Shown here: positions 38,637 to 47,585 of the stretch, in pieces
Position numbering within the stretch: the stretch's first letter is position 1
Layout: the number at the start of each line of letters is the position of its first letter
Assembly (NCBI GenBank): GCA_029856365.1
Contig: JAHQWW010000017.1
Coordinates: 1 to 51,413, forward strand
Length of the DNA stretch: 51,413 nucleotides
Direction of reading: 5' to 3'
DNA from: Candidatus Hodarchaeota archaeon
GTDB taxonomy: Archaea; Asgardarchaeota; Heimdallarchaeia; Hodarchaeales; Hodarchaeaceae
The notes under the pieces: generated by a model
The model's database searches: none
Told to the model about the DNA's origin: nothing
Seen by the model: the letters and a program-made list of their open reading frames with translations, nothing else
Position numbers and translations under genes: made by a program

Positions 38637-39491
38637 TTAAATAAAGTTCCTATTTTTTGGAATTTGGCATTTTCGGCAAAAATTAGTTATTCTCCTGGCT
38701 TTTATTGTCGAAATGGGGTTTCCACAGACAGGACAAGGTTCCTTTCCCTTCAGGTGAATCTTAAAGATTTGTTGTCGCCAGTAATGCTGATTATCTAACT
38801 TGTTTGTTTTACTTAGCATATCAGAGATCTTACTTATAGAAGTAAACAAAATACTCTGACATGTAAGATAAAGTCTTATTTTTTCTTTTTCGTTTAGTTG
38901 AAGTCGCCTATTAAAAGGATGTATCTTTGCCTCAAATAGAATTTCGTCAGCGTAGGCATTACCAATTCCTGTAATAAACTTTTGATTGGTTAATACTCTC
39001 TTAATCTCACCATTGAATCTCTTCAGCCTCTCAATAAACTCACTCTCGGAAATTTGCGAAATATCTGGACCAAACTTATCAATTACTTGAGGGTATCCAC
39101 ACTGTTGGTTATTTTTGCATGAGAATAGCCAGATTGTTCCATGTAATTTCAAATCATGATAAATTAATATCTTACCGTTTCTAAACTTTATTGAAAACAC
39201 AGCCCTTTTCGGAACCTTCTGTGATGTCGAAGACCAAGCTAATTTACCAGTTAAACCATGATCTATATATAAATGAAGAAATAACTTGGATTTATGTAAT
39301 TTGAATAGAAGAATTTTTCCGATTCGTTCGATATGATCTAATATAGCATCTTGTAAAAGGATTTCAAACTCATCTTTTGATGGATTTCGAATTACAGTAT
39401 GTTGAAATGTCTTTACTTCAGAAATAACCTCATTAGAAATGTTCAATATTAAGTACTGGCGAATTGCTTCTATTTCGGGAAATTCAGGCAT
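38637..39491 (-). CDS. mutM: Fpg/Nei-family DNA glycosylase
   Basis: Starts MPEFPE (catalytic Pro requires the ATG at 39491); RIGK, H2TH GIGNAYADE, C-terminal CPVC...FCRKCQ zinc finger. Confidence 0.88.
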   Translation of the reverse strand: MPEFPEIEAIRQYLILNISNEVISEVKTFQHTVIRNPSKDEFEILLQDAILDHIERIGKILLFKLHKSKLFLHLYIDHGLTGKLAWSSTSQKVPKRAVFSIKFRNGKILIYHDLKLHGTIWLFSCKNNQQCGYPQVIDKFGPDISQISESEFIERLKRFNGEIKRVLTNQKFITGIGNAYADEILFEAKIHPFNRRLQLNEKEKIRLYLTCQSILFTSISKISDMLSKTNKLDNQHYWRQQIFKIHLKGKEPCPVCGNPISTIKARRITNFCRKCQIPKNRNFI

Positions 39492-39773
39492 TGTGACACT
39501 CACTTAACCTTGTGTAGAGAAGGGTAATGTTACCCCAAACATTCGTAGTTTCTCCTATTGAACAAGAAAGCATACATTTTCATGTTTATAGCCTAAGTGT
39601 AATAAAGATTCTATTCCATTCGTTGTCTCTTACATGTTAACCCAAACATTTAGATATTTGTAAACTATTATTTTTTCCCATTTCATTTATTCTGGGGCCA
39701 AAAGCGAGAAAGATCTATGAAACAAAATTAAAATCTCAACAAAAATCAGCTATTTCTTAAAGGAAAACTGACA

Positions 39774-41009
39774 ATGTCGCTTGTAATAATTGATCCCACC
39801 ACATCAGGCGCTGCAGGTGATTTGTTAATCGCTTCATTATTAGATTTACAAGGAGAAACCTTTCGTACCGAATTTTGTCAACTCTTTCAGAACCTATTGG
39901 TAGAGTATGACTCTGATTTTCAGGTAAAATGGCTATCTGTTAAAAAACAAGGTATCATTGGGACTCAAGTTCAAACCACTGGAATTAGAAAATTCTCCCC
40001 CCGAGAAATGCAAAAAATAATGAATAATTTAAGTAAAAAATTAGAATTATCACCTGAAAGTCAAAAACTAGCATTTAATGCCTTGGCTTTCTTAATTGAA
40101 GCAGAAAAAAAAGTTCATGGCATCCAATCTGAGGCCTTACATTTCCATGAATTAGCTCTTATTGACACAATATTTGATATAGTTGGATTTTCGTATCTTT
40201 GGGAACAATTAGGATTCCTTAAAATAAAGACAAGTGTTTTGCCCATTGCGTTAGGTGGAGGTTTGATTAAAATAGCTCATGGAAGAGTATCTGTTCCATC
40301 ACCAGCAACTACTGAGATCATCCGTCAAGGAAATCTATCAGTAAAGGGAGGCCCAATTGAAGGGGAATTATTAACCCCAACTGGAGCAGCACTTCTTGCA
40401 TCACTAAAAGCGCAGCCCATTAATTACTTTCCACTAATGTATATCCATGAAATTGGGCGAAGTTTTGGAACCCGTGAGTATAAGAAAGAGACTTTAACCT
40501 GTTTGCAGATCATTCGAGGTTCTCAGCCTTCAACATTGCTAAAAGAAGAAATTAACATCTTAGAAACCAATGTAGATGATGTAGATGGAGAAACACTGGG
40601 TTACTTATTTGATGTTTTATTTGAAGAGAATTTCATCCTTGATCTTACAATAATTAATACAGTTTCGAAAAAAAATCGTCCTGGATTTCTTATTCGAGCA
40701 ATCGTGGAGCCCTCGAAAACTCTCCAAGTAACAACTATCTTAACCCGTGAATTGGGCACTCTTGGCGTACGAGTACTTCCAGGGTTCCGTCATATTGTAC
40801 CCCGTGAACAAACAGTTCACCAAATTAAAGTAATGAATGGAGTCGAGACTGTTCATTATAAAAGAGGATTTGTAGATTCGGAGCTCATCTCAGAGAAGAT
40901 AGAATATGATGATTTAAAACGAATAGCGCAACAGAAGGGAGTTTCACTACGAGAAATTAGAAAACGCATTCTCTCGGAAATTCACAAGCAGGATGAAAAC
41001 AATGCGTGA
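39774..41009 (+). CDS. larC: Nickel pincer cofactor cyclometallase LarC
   Basis: SGAAGD, AEKKVHG, HFHE, AHGRVSVPSPAT, GELLTPTGAA, ETNVDD, KKNRPG, GTLGVR and EYDD. Confidence 0.92.
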   Translation: MSLVIIDPTTSGAAGDLLIASLLDLQGETFRTEFCQLFQNLLVEYDSDFQVKWLSVKKQGIIGTQVQTTGIRKFSPREMQKIMNNLSKKLELSPESQKLAFNALAFLIEAEKKVHGIQSEALHFHELALIDTIFDIVGFSYLWEQLGFLKIKTSVLPIALGGGLIKIAHGRVSVPSPATTEIIRQGNLSVKGGPIEGELLTPTGAALLASLKAQPINYFPLMYIHEIGRSFGTREYKKETLTCLQIIRGSQPSTLLKEEINILETNVDDVDGETLGYLFDVLFEENFILDLTIINTVSKKNRPGFLIRAIVEPSKTLQVTTILTRELGTLGVRVLPGFRHIVPREQTVHQIKVMNGVETVHYKRGFVDSELISEKIEYDDLKRIAQQKGVSLREIRKRILSEIHKQDENNA

Positions 41010-41787
41010 TATAGATACGATTTTAACACAGCTAAAAGAGGGAAAAATTGATCTGGAAGAAGCAAAAGCTGCTCTAAGTCTATTTAGCCTAGAATTTATT
41101 GAAGACTATGTTAAACTAGATCTAGGTAGGTACAGTCGTAGAGGTATTCCAGAAGTGATTTATGCGGAAAAAAAGAGCCCTGAAGTCTTAATAAGGATTA
41201 TAACAAGATATATGGTTAATAATTCAGCCATTCTACTGTCTAGGGTTCCTAAAAAACATCTTGATCTCATAAGAACGAAGTTTATAGACCAATTTGACAT
41301 TCATTCTACATCCTATGAACCTTTTACTGTCACTCTAGCGAAAATCGGATTTCAATTTCCAACCTCCAAAAATAATATAGGTTTATTAACCGCTGGAACA
41401 TCAGACATGCCAGTCGCAGAGGAGGCAAGAGCTATAGCACGTTTAATGGGAGTTCAAACCATCCAATTCAATGATGTAGGAATTGCAGGAGTTCATCGGT
41501 TATTTGCCCCGCTCAAAGAAATGGTCGAGAAAAAAGTTAGAGTAATAATTGTTGTGGCTGGTATGGAAGGAGCTCTCCCCACAATCGTTTCTAGTCTAGT
41601 AAATGTCCCGGTAATAGGTGTTCCTGCTTCAGCAGGTTACGGATACGGTGGAAAAGGGGAAGGAGCCTTAATGACAATGCTTCAGAGCTGTTCTCCAGGA
41701 TTGGTTGTTGTAAATATAGACAATGGTATTAATGCAGGTGCAACAGCGGCACTTATCGCAAAGCAATGTAATAACATGAATAGATGA
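40993..41787 (+). CDS. larB: Nickel pincer cofactor carboxylase/hydrolase LarB
   Basis: RRGIPEVIY, AGTSD, DVGIAGVHRL, AGMEGALP, GYG, SCSPG and VVNIDNG. Confidence 0.93.
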   Translation: MKTMRDIDTILTQLKEGKIDLEEAKAALSLFSLEFIEDYVKLDLGRYSRRGIPEVIYAEKKSPEVLIRIITRYMVNNSAILLSRVPKKHLDLIRTKFIDQFDIHSTSYEPFTVTLAKIGFQFPTSKNNIGLLTAGTSDMPVAEEARAIARLMGVQTIQFNDVGIAGVHRLFAPLKEMVEKKVRVIIVVAGMEGALPTIVSSLVNVPVIGVPASAGYGYGGKGEGALMTMLQSCSPGLVVVNIDNGINAGATAALIAKQCNNMNR

Positions 41788-41885
41788 TTAATTCCATGTT
41801 AGGGTTGTCTTAATATTTTTAGAAAATCAAATAAAAAAGATTATTAAAAAAAAGAATTAGACCTAGTTATAAGGAAGATGGTGAA

Positions 41886-42578
41886 ATGTCTGAAAAAGAA
41901 AGTAATGAAGAGAGGAAAAAGGATTCAGAAACATCTTCAGAGGAAGAAAAAAAGAAAGATGAAAAAGACCAAGTAGAGCAGGAAACTGCAGCAAAACCCA
42001 AGTCCAAGAAGAAGTATGTATTCAATTGTACAAAATGTGGAGAATGTTGCGAAAAAAGGGAATTTGTTCCAGTATCATTGGTAGACATCCGCAATTGGAC
42101 ACAATCGGGAATAATTAATGCTGTTTTTCCAAACCTGAAGTTAAAGACACTTCAATCAGCAGGATCAGAAGAGAAACAGGGGGTTTTAACGCTAGTTCTA
42201 GCTGGTTCGGAGAAAGGATGTCCAATGTTTGATAAAGAGAATAGACTTTGCAATATTTACCATTCAATGCCCTTGGAATGTAAAGCTTTCCCATTAGGAT
42301 ATAATGGTCAAAACTATTTCATCAAAGATAAATCAGTTCCAGGATTGGGACATGGTACAATGACTAAGGAACGTCTTATTGAAGATCGTGATAATGCTCG
42401 TTTCGATTTTGAAGCTAAAGTTGAAACTCAAATGATGCTTCCATTAATATATTCACTTTTTATGCAGAATTTGCTCGAACAACAACAAAAGGTAATGGAA
42501 GATATGCCAGAAGAAAAAAGAAAGCAACTTGACGAATTACTTAAGACAAAAAATCAAAATTCTAACGAGAAAGAATAA
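41886..42578 (+). CDS. YkgJ-family CxxCxxCC cysteine-cluster protein
   Basis: FNCTKCGECC...CPMF...CNIY...PLECKAFP. Confidence 0.85.
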   Translation: MSEKESNEERKKDSETSSEEEKKKDEKDQVEQETAAKPKSKKKYVFNCTKCGECCEKREFVPVSLVDIRNWTQSGIINAVFPNLKLKTLQSAGSEEKQGVLTLVLAGSEKGCPMFDKENRLCNIYHSMPLECKAFPLGYNGQNYFIKDKSVPGLGHGTMTKERLIEDRDNARFDFEAKVETQMMLPLIYSLFMQNLLEQQQKVMEDMPEEKRKQLDELLKTKNQNSNEKE

Positions 42579-42579
42579 A

Positions 42580-43305
42580 TTATGGATAGTTTCCCTTAGG
42601 AGAATAATTGCAGTTCGAACAAACCCATTTTGCGAATGGTACTACTTCTTTCTTTCTTGAAGTTACATTTACTATCTGTGAGTATGGAATTAAGTTTCCC
42701 TTTTTACACTGGGGACATGGGGGAGTAGTCACTAAAGATTTTTTCGCCTCTATGTATTCAGTTAAAGGACTAGTTTGCTTTGTTTTCAGCTGGCCCCTTT
42801 TTTCGATCGTTTTTTTAGAAACCTTGTCTACAGATTTCTTTGAAGTCTTTTTCTTTGAGATCTTCAGTACAGGAGGTTTCAGTTCAAATGGTTCTTTCTC
42901 CTTTGTGGGTCCAATCCCCTCTTGTGGAATTATATTAAGGAATTCCCAGAAATCAGTACCCTCATGTCCTTGATCTGCAGATCTAACTCGAAAAGTAAGA
43001 CCATAAAGTCTTCTGATCTCTGTAGCTACTGTACTAGAAATGAATCGTGTTCTAACATCAGCATCTTCTCCAATCCAGATCCATATTTCTTTTCTTCCCT
43101 CATCAACGAAAATAAAAACTTCTGAGGAAACCAAGTTCTCTTTTCTAAAGATTACCGGATCAAAAAAACCATTGTCTTGAACTTGATAAGCTACAATTCT
43201 TGATTTTCCCAAATAACCAGCCACTCTACAATTAAACCACTGCTTTTCCCTAAAATATTGATAATTTATATACTTCGAGAGTAATATTTTATCAGTAATA
43301 GACAC
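42580..43305 (-). CDS. Single gelsolin-domain protein with Lys-rich linker and C-terminal zinc ribbon
   Basis: LVSSEVFIFVD...IWIWIG...helix...DQGHEGTDFWEFL gelsolin-repeat pattern; CPQC...CSNC. Confidence 0.8.
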   Translation of the reverse strand: MSITDKILLSKYINYQYFREKQWFNCRVAGYLGKSRIVAYQVQDNGFFDPVIFRKENLVSSEVFIFVDEGRKEIWIWIGEDADVRTRFISSTVATEIRRLYGLTFRVRSADQGHEGTDFWEFLNIIPQEGIGPTKEKEPFELKPPVLKISKKKTSKKSVDKVSKKTIEKRGQLKTKQTSPLTEYIEAKKSLVTTPPCPQCKKGNLIPYSQIVNVTSRKKEVVPFAKWVCSNCNYSPKGNYP

Positions 43306-43332
43306 TCTCTTTAACGATAAGGAGTTTTTATC

Positions 43333-43980
43333 TTATGCTGTAGAAGGCGTTTTCACAGGAATATTCACTTTTGAAGCTAATAGTGTTCTAATTTGGAGAA
43401 TTTGAAGCGGTAAACTTTTTAACATTACTGTTTTCATAAGAATAGTATGAGAAGGAGTTTTTTGAATAATCTTCGTAATCCCAGTAAAATCAGAAATTCG
43501 TTTAATTTCAGATCTATTCTTTGCAATGTGAATCTCCATTATAAATTCTCTCATAAGCAAGCCTTTAAGAGAAGATCGTTTCCGACGAATAAGGATTTTA
43601 GTATCTGTATCTAATAGAGTAAACACCCTTTCAGGAAACCTAAATCGCTTCCAAAACCAAATCATTTTCCCTTTGCTTTTGTTTACAGTAAGGTCTGTTA
43701 AGGATGGAACCCAAAAGAATAATGATTCAATTAGTATTAATATTCCAATTATGAAAATTAGTGAGCTTATAATCTCCAGAAGAGGATTAACTATTTCAAT
43801 CTTGGCATAATCTGCCATAGATTCACGCTGATAAACTCCTATCGCATTTGATGTTTGGCTAGAGTTCTGAATGATGGGTTGTAAGCTGATTATCACAACC
43901 ATTGATGAAAGGGTGATAGCTAAAACTACGATGAGAGTGATTTGATATCGCCATACCCTCTTGTTCGGTAATAATAGCAA
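43333..43980 (-). CDS. Two-TM membrane protein with basic cytoplasmic domain, hypothetical
   Basis: Two hydrophobic helices; tightly packed in an operon. Confidence 0.7.
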   Translation of the reverse strand: MLLLPNKRVWRYQITLIVVLAITLSSMVVIISLQPIIQNSSQTSNAIGVYQRESMADYAKIEIVNPLLEIISSLIFIIGILILIESLFFWVPSLTDLTVNKSKGKMIWFWKRFRFPERVFTLLDTDTKILIRRKRSSLKGLLMREFIMEIHIAKNRSEIKRISDFTGITKIIQKTPSHTILMKTVMLKSLPLQILQIRTLLASKVNIPVKTPSTA

Positions 43981-43982
43981 AT

Positions 43983-44459
43983 TTATCCAACCTTTTGTGT
44001 TTTATTCTGTAACATTTCTCTTAAAGATTCTCCGTGGATTTGAACAAGTTCAACTAACCGGTTAACAAGCTGATTGTTATAATTAGCGAACGCCAGCTTC
44101 AAGCGGGAGTGAACTTCATCAATTCGAACAATTCCTTGCTTTTCTAGGGCTTTTAGATCTCGATAAATGGATTTAGATTGCACAGAGATTCCCAATGATC
44201 GTGCTAAATCAATTCCTGAACTTCCTTGAGGATAAATTGAAATTAGTTGCATAAAAATCAACCTTTGATGAAATGATAGTGGTGTAGTAAATAGGAAGAT
44301 TAAACTTGCATAATAATCCCTAGTTAAAGAGAGAAGTCGGTTTGAAAGAGATGTGGCATATTTTTCGATCTCTGGTCTTACTTGGGCAGTTGTTTCAAGT
44401 GAAGAGAGGATATCACGAAGAGAATCGATCTTTTCCGACTCTGAAGATCGAATGGTCAT
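43983..44459 (-). CDS. Winged-HTH DNA-binding protein
   Basis: SGIDLARSLGI...KSIYRDLKALEKQGIV. Confidence 0.75.
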   Translation of the reverse strand: MTIRSSESEKIDSLRDILSSLETTAQVRPEIEKYATSLSNRLLSLTRDYYASLIFLFTTPLSFHQRLIFMQLISIYPQGSSGIDLARSLGISVQSKSIYRDLKALEKQGIVRIDEVHSRLKLAFANYNNQLVNRLVELVQIHGESLREMLQNKTQKVG

Positions 44460-44602
44460 TTGGTGATTGAGCTCCTTTAATTTTGTTTATTACAACAAAT
44501 CCATAGAAAGTGTTGGTGACAACACCAGACATATTTTATTTAAATATCGCCAGATGAAACTCACTGATAAATGAATGAATAGTTTTTTCTTGTGGTTTTA
44601 AC

Positions 44603-45118
44603 ATGGTTCACCAACATACTAGAAGTGTTTTAAGGAGAGTCAAAAGTTTTTCTGATAATATAAATGAAAAAGATACTGAATCTTTAGAGATAAATTATGA
44701 GAGTTTGATTAAAGGAACTACTCTTGATGTTTATTTCTACTTATTACGGAAGAAAAGCTCTGCGGGAGTTCGAGAAATACAACGAAGCCTAGATCTCTCC
44801 TCTCCCAGTGTTTCCAGTTATCATCTGGAAAAACTAGAGACATTAGGGATAGTTCGCAAGAATAGATTTGGTAATTATGAAGTAGCAAAAAAAATTGACA
44901 TTGGAGCTTTAAATCAATTTGTGATGATTGGTAATTATACTATCCCTCGCTTCTTCTTTTATGCAATTTTTGTTTCTGTGTTGTTTGGAGGATATATCAT
45001 CTTTTTCTTAACGTCACCACTTTCCACAGGTGAAGTATTCGCTCTTATTTTCGGATTATTCGCAGTCTGTGTTTGTTGGGCAGAAACTATCCTCAGTTGG
45101 CGTAATAAACCGTTTTAA
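44603..45118 (+). CDS. Membrane-anchored winged-HTH regulator (wHTH + 2 TM)
   Basis: GVREIQRSLDLSSPSVSSYHLEKL..LGIV followed by two TM helices. Confidence 0.8.
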   Translation: MVHQHTRSVLRRVKSFSDNINEKDTESLEINYESLIKGTTLDVYFYLLRKKSSAGVREIQRSLDLSSPSVSSYHLEKLETLGIVRKNRFGNYEVAKKIDIGALNQFVMIGNYTIPRFFFYAIFVSVLFGGYIIFFLTSPLSTGEVFALIFGLFAVCVCWAETILSWRNKPF

Positions 45119-45125
45119 TTACGTA

Positions 45126-45653
45126 TTAAAGGAAACGTATCCGCTCTCTAATATCAATTTCAGGAAATTTTGGTTCTTGTTCAGTATCTCGCCACAGTTC
45201 ATTCATTTTATAGTTATCAATTAGTTCTGAAATTTCTTTCACGAATTGGATCAGTTCACGGATCTTTCTAGAAAACCGATACATGGACATTTCATCATAC
45301 CGAAATCCCAGAAATACTCGTAGATCTTCTTGAGGACTTGTGGATATGACTCTACCAGTAAAATAATGACTTTGGAGCTTCATTAGCTGGCGGAGAAAAG
45401 AGTGAACAACATCTTCTGACTCATTTGATAACCGTGTTAATCCATTAGAAAAAAATGAAAGATGAGAAAAGCCTTTCTCTAAGGTAATATTAATATCAGG
45501 GCAGTTTTTAATTGGGAGAAGAAATGTAAAACTTGCATCATGAGAATCGGATAAAATAACATACTCTAATCTTAAAAGATCTAACCAATGTTTAATTTGT
45601 TCAACTTGTTTGGGAATTCTCGTGTGATTAGTGATTGGCTGAATAGATCGCAT
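45126..45653 (-). CDS. YbjN/CesT-like (secretion chaperone fold) protein
   Basis: Helix, three strands, helix (LRQLMKLQ..Y..GRV), two strands, helix pattern. Confidence 0.45.
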   Translation of the reverse strand: MRSIQPITNHTRIPKQVEQIKHWLDLLRLEYVILSDSHDASFTFLLPIKNCPDINITLEKGFSHLSFFSNGLTRLSNESEDVVHSFLRQLMKLQSHYFTGRVISTSPQEDLRVFLGFRYDEMSMYRFSRKIRELIQFVKEISELIDNYKMNELWRDTEQEPKFPEIDIRERIRFL

Positions 45654-45744
45654 TAAATACCAAATTCCTTTTAATATAAAGCATAACTTCCTTTGATTAA
45701 GATGAACAATGCACTGTATTAATGATTTTTCTTTTTCCTCTCTT

Positions 45745-46311
45745 TCAATTCATTGACCTCTCGAAAAGTTTTGGATTCAAAAAAGGAATTAATGCTACTA
45801 TCACACTTTGCTTTAAGATGTCAAATCGTTTAACAATATTTTGAGTCATAAATCCAACGGCTCCCTCCTTTTGTTTAATATTGGAAATACCGCTAACTTC
45901 TGTTGCTAAATCACCTAATTCCAATTTTGGGGAATTAGTCAATCTTTTAAACCATCTATGAGGAAGAGGGATTTCACAACCTCTAACTGTTTCAATAATT
46001 TTGTGATTACCTATTGAGCTATAAACTATAATCCTTGGTTGGTTTTGGGGAGTTGAAACGACTCCTCCTTCAATTCCCACATAATAATCATATCTTGTAC
46101 TATACTTCTGTGCATATTTTACTCGCCACCTAGATGCTTCATAAGTTTCTTCTTCCCCTAAGGGTTGTGATTTCAAATAATTCCCAGTTGAAACAATTCC
46201 ATTTATTCCTATGTTGGAAATATTGAGATTATCATAAAAACTTGAAAAAGCTTCACGAGTAGCTCGGATTTTCACGGGGTTTATACTAGCTATAAGTACC
46301 CTGACTACCAT
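45745..46311 (-). CDS. yjjX: Inosine/xanthosine triphosphatase (YjjX family)
   Basis: ASINPVKI, QPLG, VGIEGG, ELGD and KQKEGAVG; ATG at 46311 overlaps the nep1 stop (TAATG). Confidence 0.88.
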   Translation of the reverse strand: MVVRVLIASINPVKIRATREAFSSFYDNLNISNIGINGIVSTGNYLKSQPLGEEETYEASRWRVKYAQKYSTRYDYYVGIEGGVVSTPQNQPRIIVYSSIGNHKIIETVRGCEIPLPHRWFKRLTNSPKLELGDLATEVSGISNIKQKEGAVGFMTQNIVKRFDILKQSVIVALIPFLNPKLFERSMN

Positions 46312-47009
46312 TAATGACCACTTGCCTCTAACCAATGAATAAGCTTTGCTGCAATTACCCAAGCTGGTTTTACTTCCTCATATAAAGTGAGTAGTACCCA
46401 ATCATAAGCTGAAGTACTTGATTCTAGAAAGTGGAACTCCGCATCTCCACGTTGAAACCCTCCTATTAAAAATATCTTTGAAGAAATTGGTGAAATCTCA
46501 TTAAGATTCTTTGTTTTAATTTCCTCATTATTAATCCTAGTAGTATGTTCACAAATATATATTTCTGAATCTTTAAATTTTTGAAGCAACTTAACCAGAG
46601 AAGAGTGTTCAACAGTTAAAATCGACTCACCCGTTAATGGAACGCGTTTTTTCAACAGAAGTTGAGAAAAAAGGCCACAAAATCTATTATAGTTCACTGG
46701 TACTCTCCAATGAGACGGAATTTCAATACACAGATCATTTCGAGTATGGACAAAGACTTGAATTTTTTTCTCTCTGAATAAGGGGGAATATACTATATTC
46801 ATAAGAGAATGATGTATTATATCAGGCCTACCCCGCTTTTCCACATCTTCTAATGAATCTAACAATGGCCTGTGTAAAGCTCCATCTAATAGAATCCCCC
46901 TGTTCTTTTTCAGACCTTTACGCCACTTCTTTCGAACTAAGGGGTGTTTACGTAGAGATTGTGGGATCAATTCGAGAGCAGAACCAAAAAAAATTATAAC
47001 AATAGTCAT
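46311..47009 (-). CDS. nep1: SSU rRNA pseudouridine N1-methyltransferase Nep1/Emg1
   Basis: SALELIP, LLDGALH, KRGRPDIIH, RVPVNYNRFCGL..QLL and IGGFQRG. Confidence 0.92.
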   Translation of the reverse strand: MTIVIIFFGSALELIPQSLRKHPLVRKKWRKGLKKNRGILLDGALHRPLLDSLEDVEKRGRPDIIHHSLMNIVYSPLFREKKIQVFVHTRNDLCIEIPSHWRVPVNYNRFCGLFSQLLLKKRVPLTGESILTVEHSSLVKLLQKFKDSEIYICEHTTRINNEEIKTKNLNEISPISSKIFLIGGFQRGDAEFHFLESSTSAYDWVLLTLYEEVKPAWVIAAKLIHWLEASGH

Positions 47010-47245
47010 TTATTTTCCTCTTTAATAATAAAAACTTCCTCTTAAGAATATGTTTTATTATTATTACAATTAATTAATATTATCAAAAGATTAGTATTCC
47101 GATAAAAAACGATAATTTGTAAATTAAATACTCTAATTATTAGTGTTTCTCACACAACCTATCTCAACCTTTATTTTAATGAACCAACCTCTTTTTCTTT
47201 TGTTTATCTTACACGAATTTATTTCCTTTTACTATTTCTTCGAAA

Positions 47246-47494
47246 TTGGGGTGCCTTCCTAAATTTTATATTAATTTAATTCTCGTAGACCTAAATGAGA
47301 GGCCCATGTTCCGAAATTATTCTGTACCAAAAAGATTGAGGACTATTCAGTTTCCTGGTCAGGAAATAGAACTTTGGTTAAATGGAAAGAAAGTATCCAA
47401 GATAGAGGACGTTTCTCCAAAAGAAAGGTCGTTCATTCGTGATTTTGTTTATAATCTCGAAGAGTTAGGTTGGAAAGTCCTTATTCAGCTTTAA
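47246..47494 (+). CDS. Small hypothetical protein (probable start MFRNYS)
   Basis: ORF track; GAGAGG precedes the internal ATG. Confidence 0.5.
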   Translation: MGCLPKFYINLILVDLNERPMFRNYSVPKRLRTIQFPGQEIELWLNGKKVSKIEDVSPKERSFIRDFVYNLEELGWKVLIQL

Positions 47495-47585
47495 CAAAAA
47501 GAAAAAAAAGGCGAGTGTAACAAGAGAGAAATGATTTCCTCTTCATTGACAACGTTATCTTTTAGGTATAATTAAGGATGGAATT

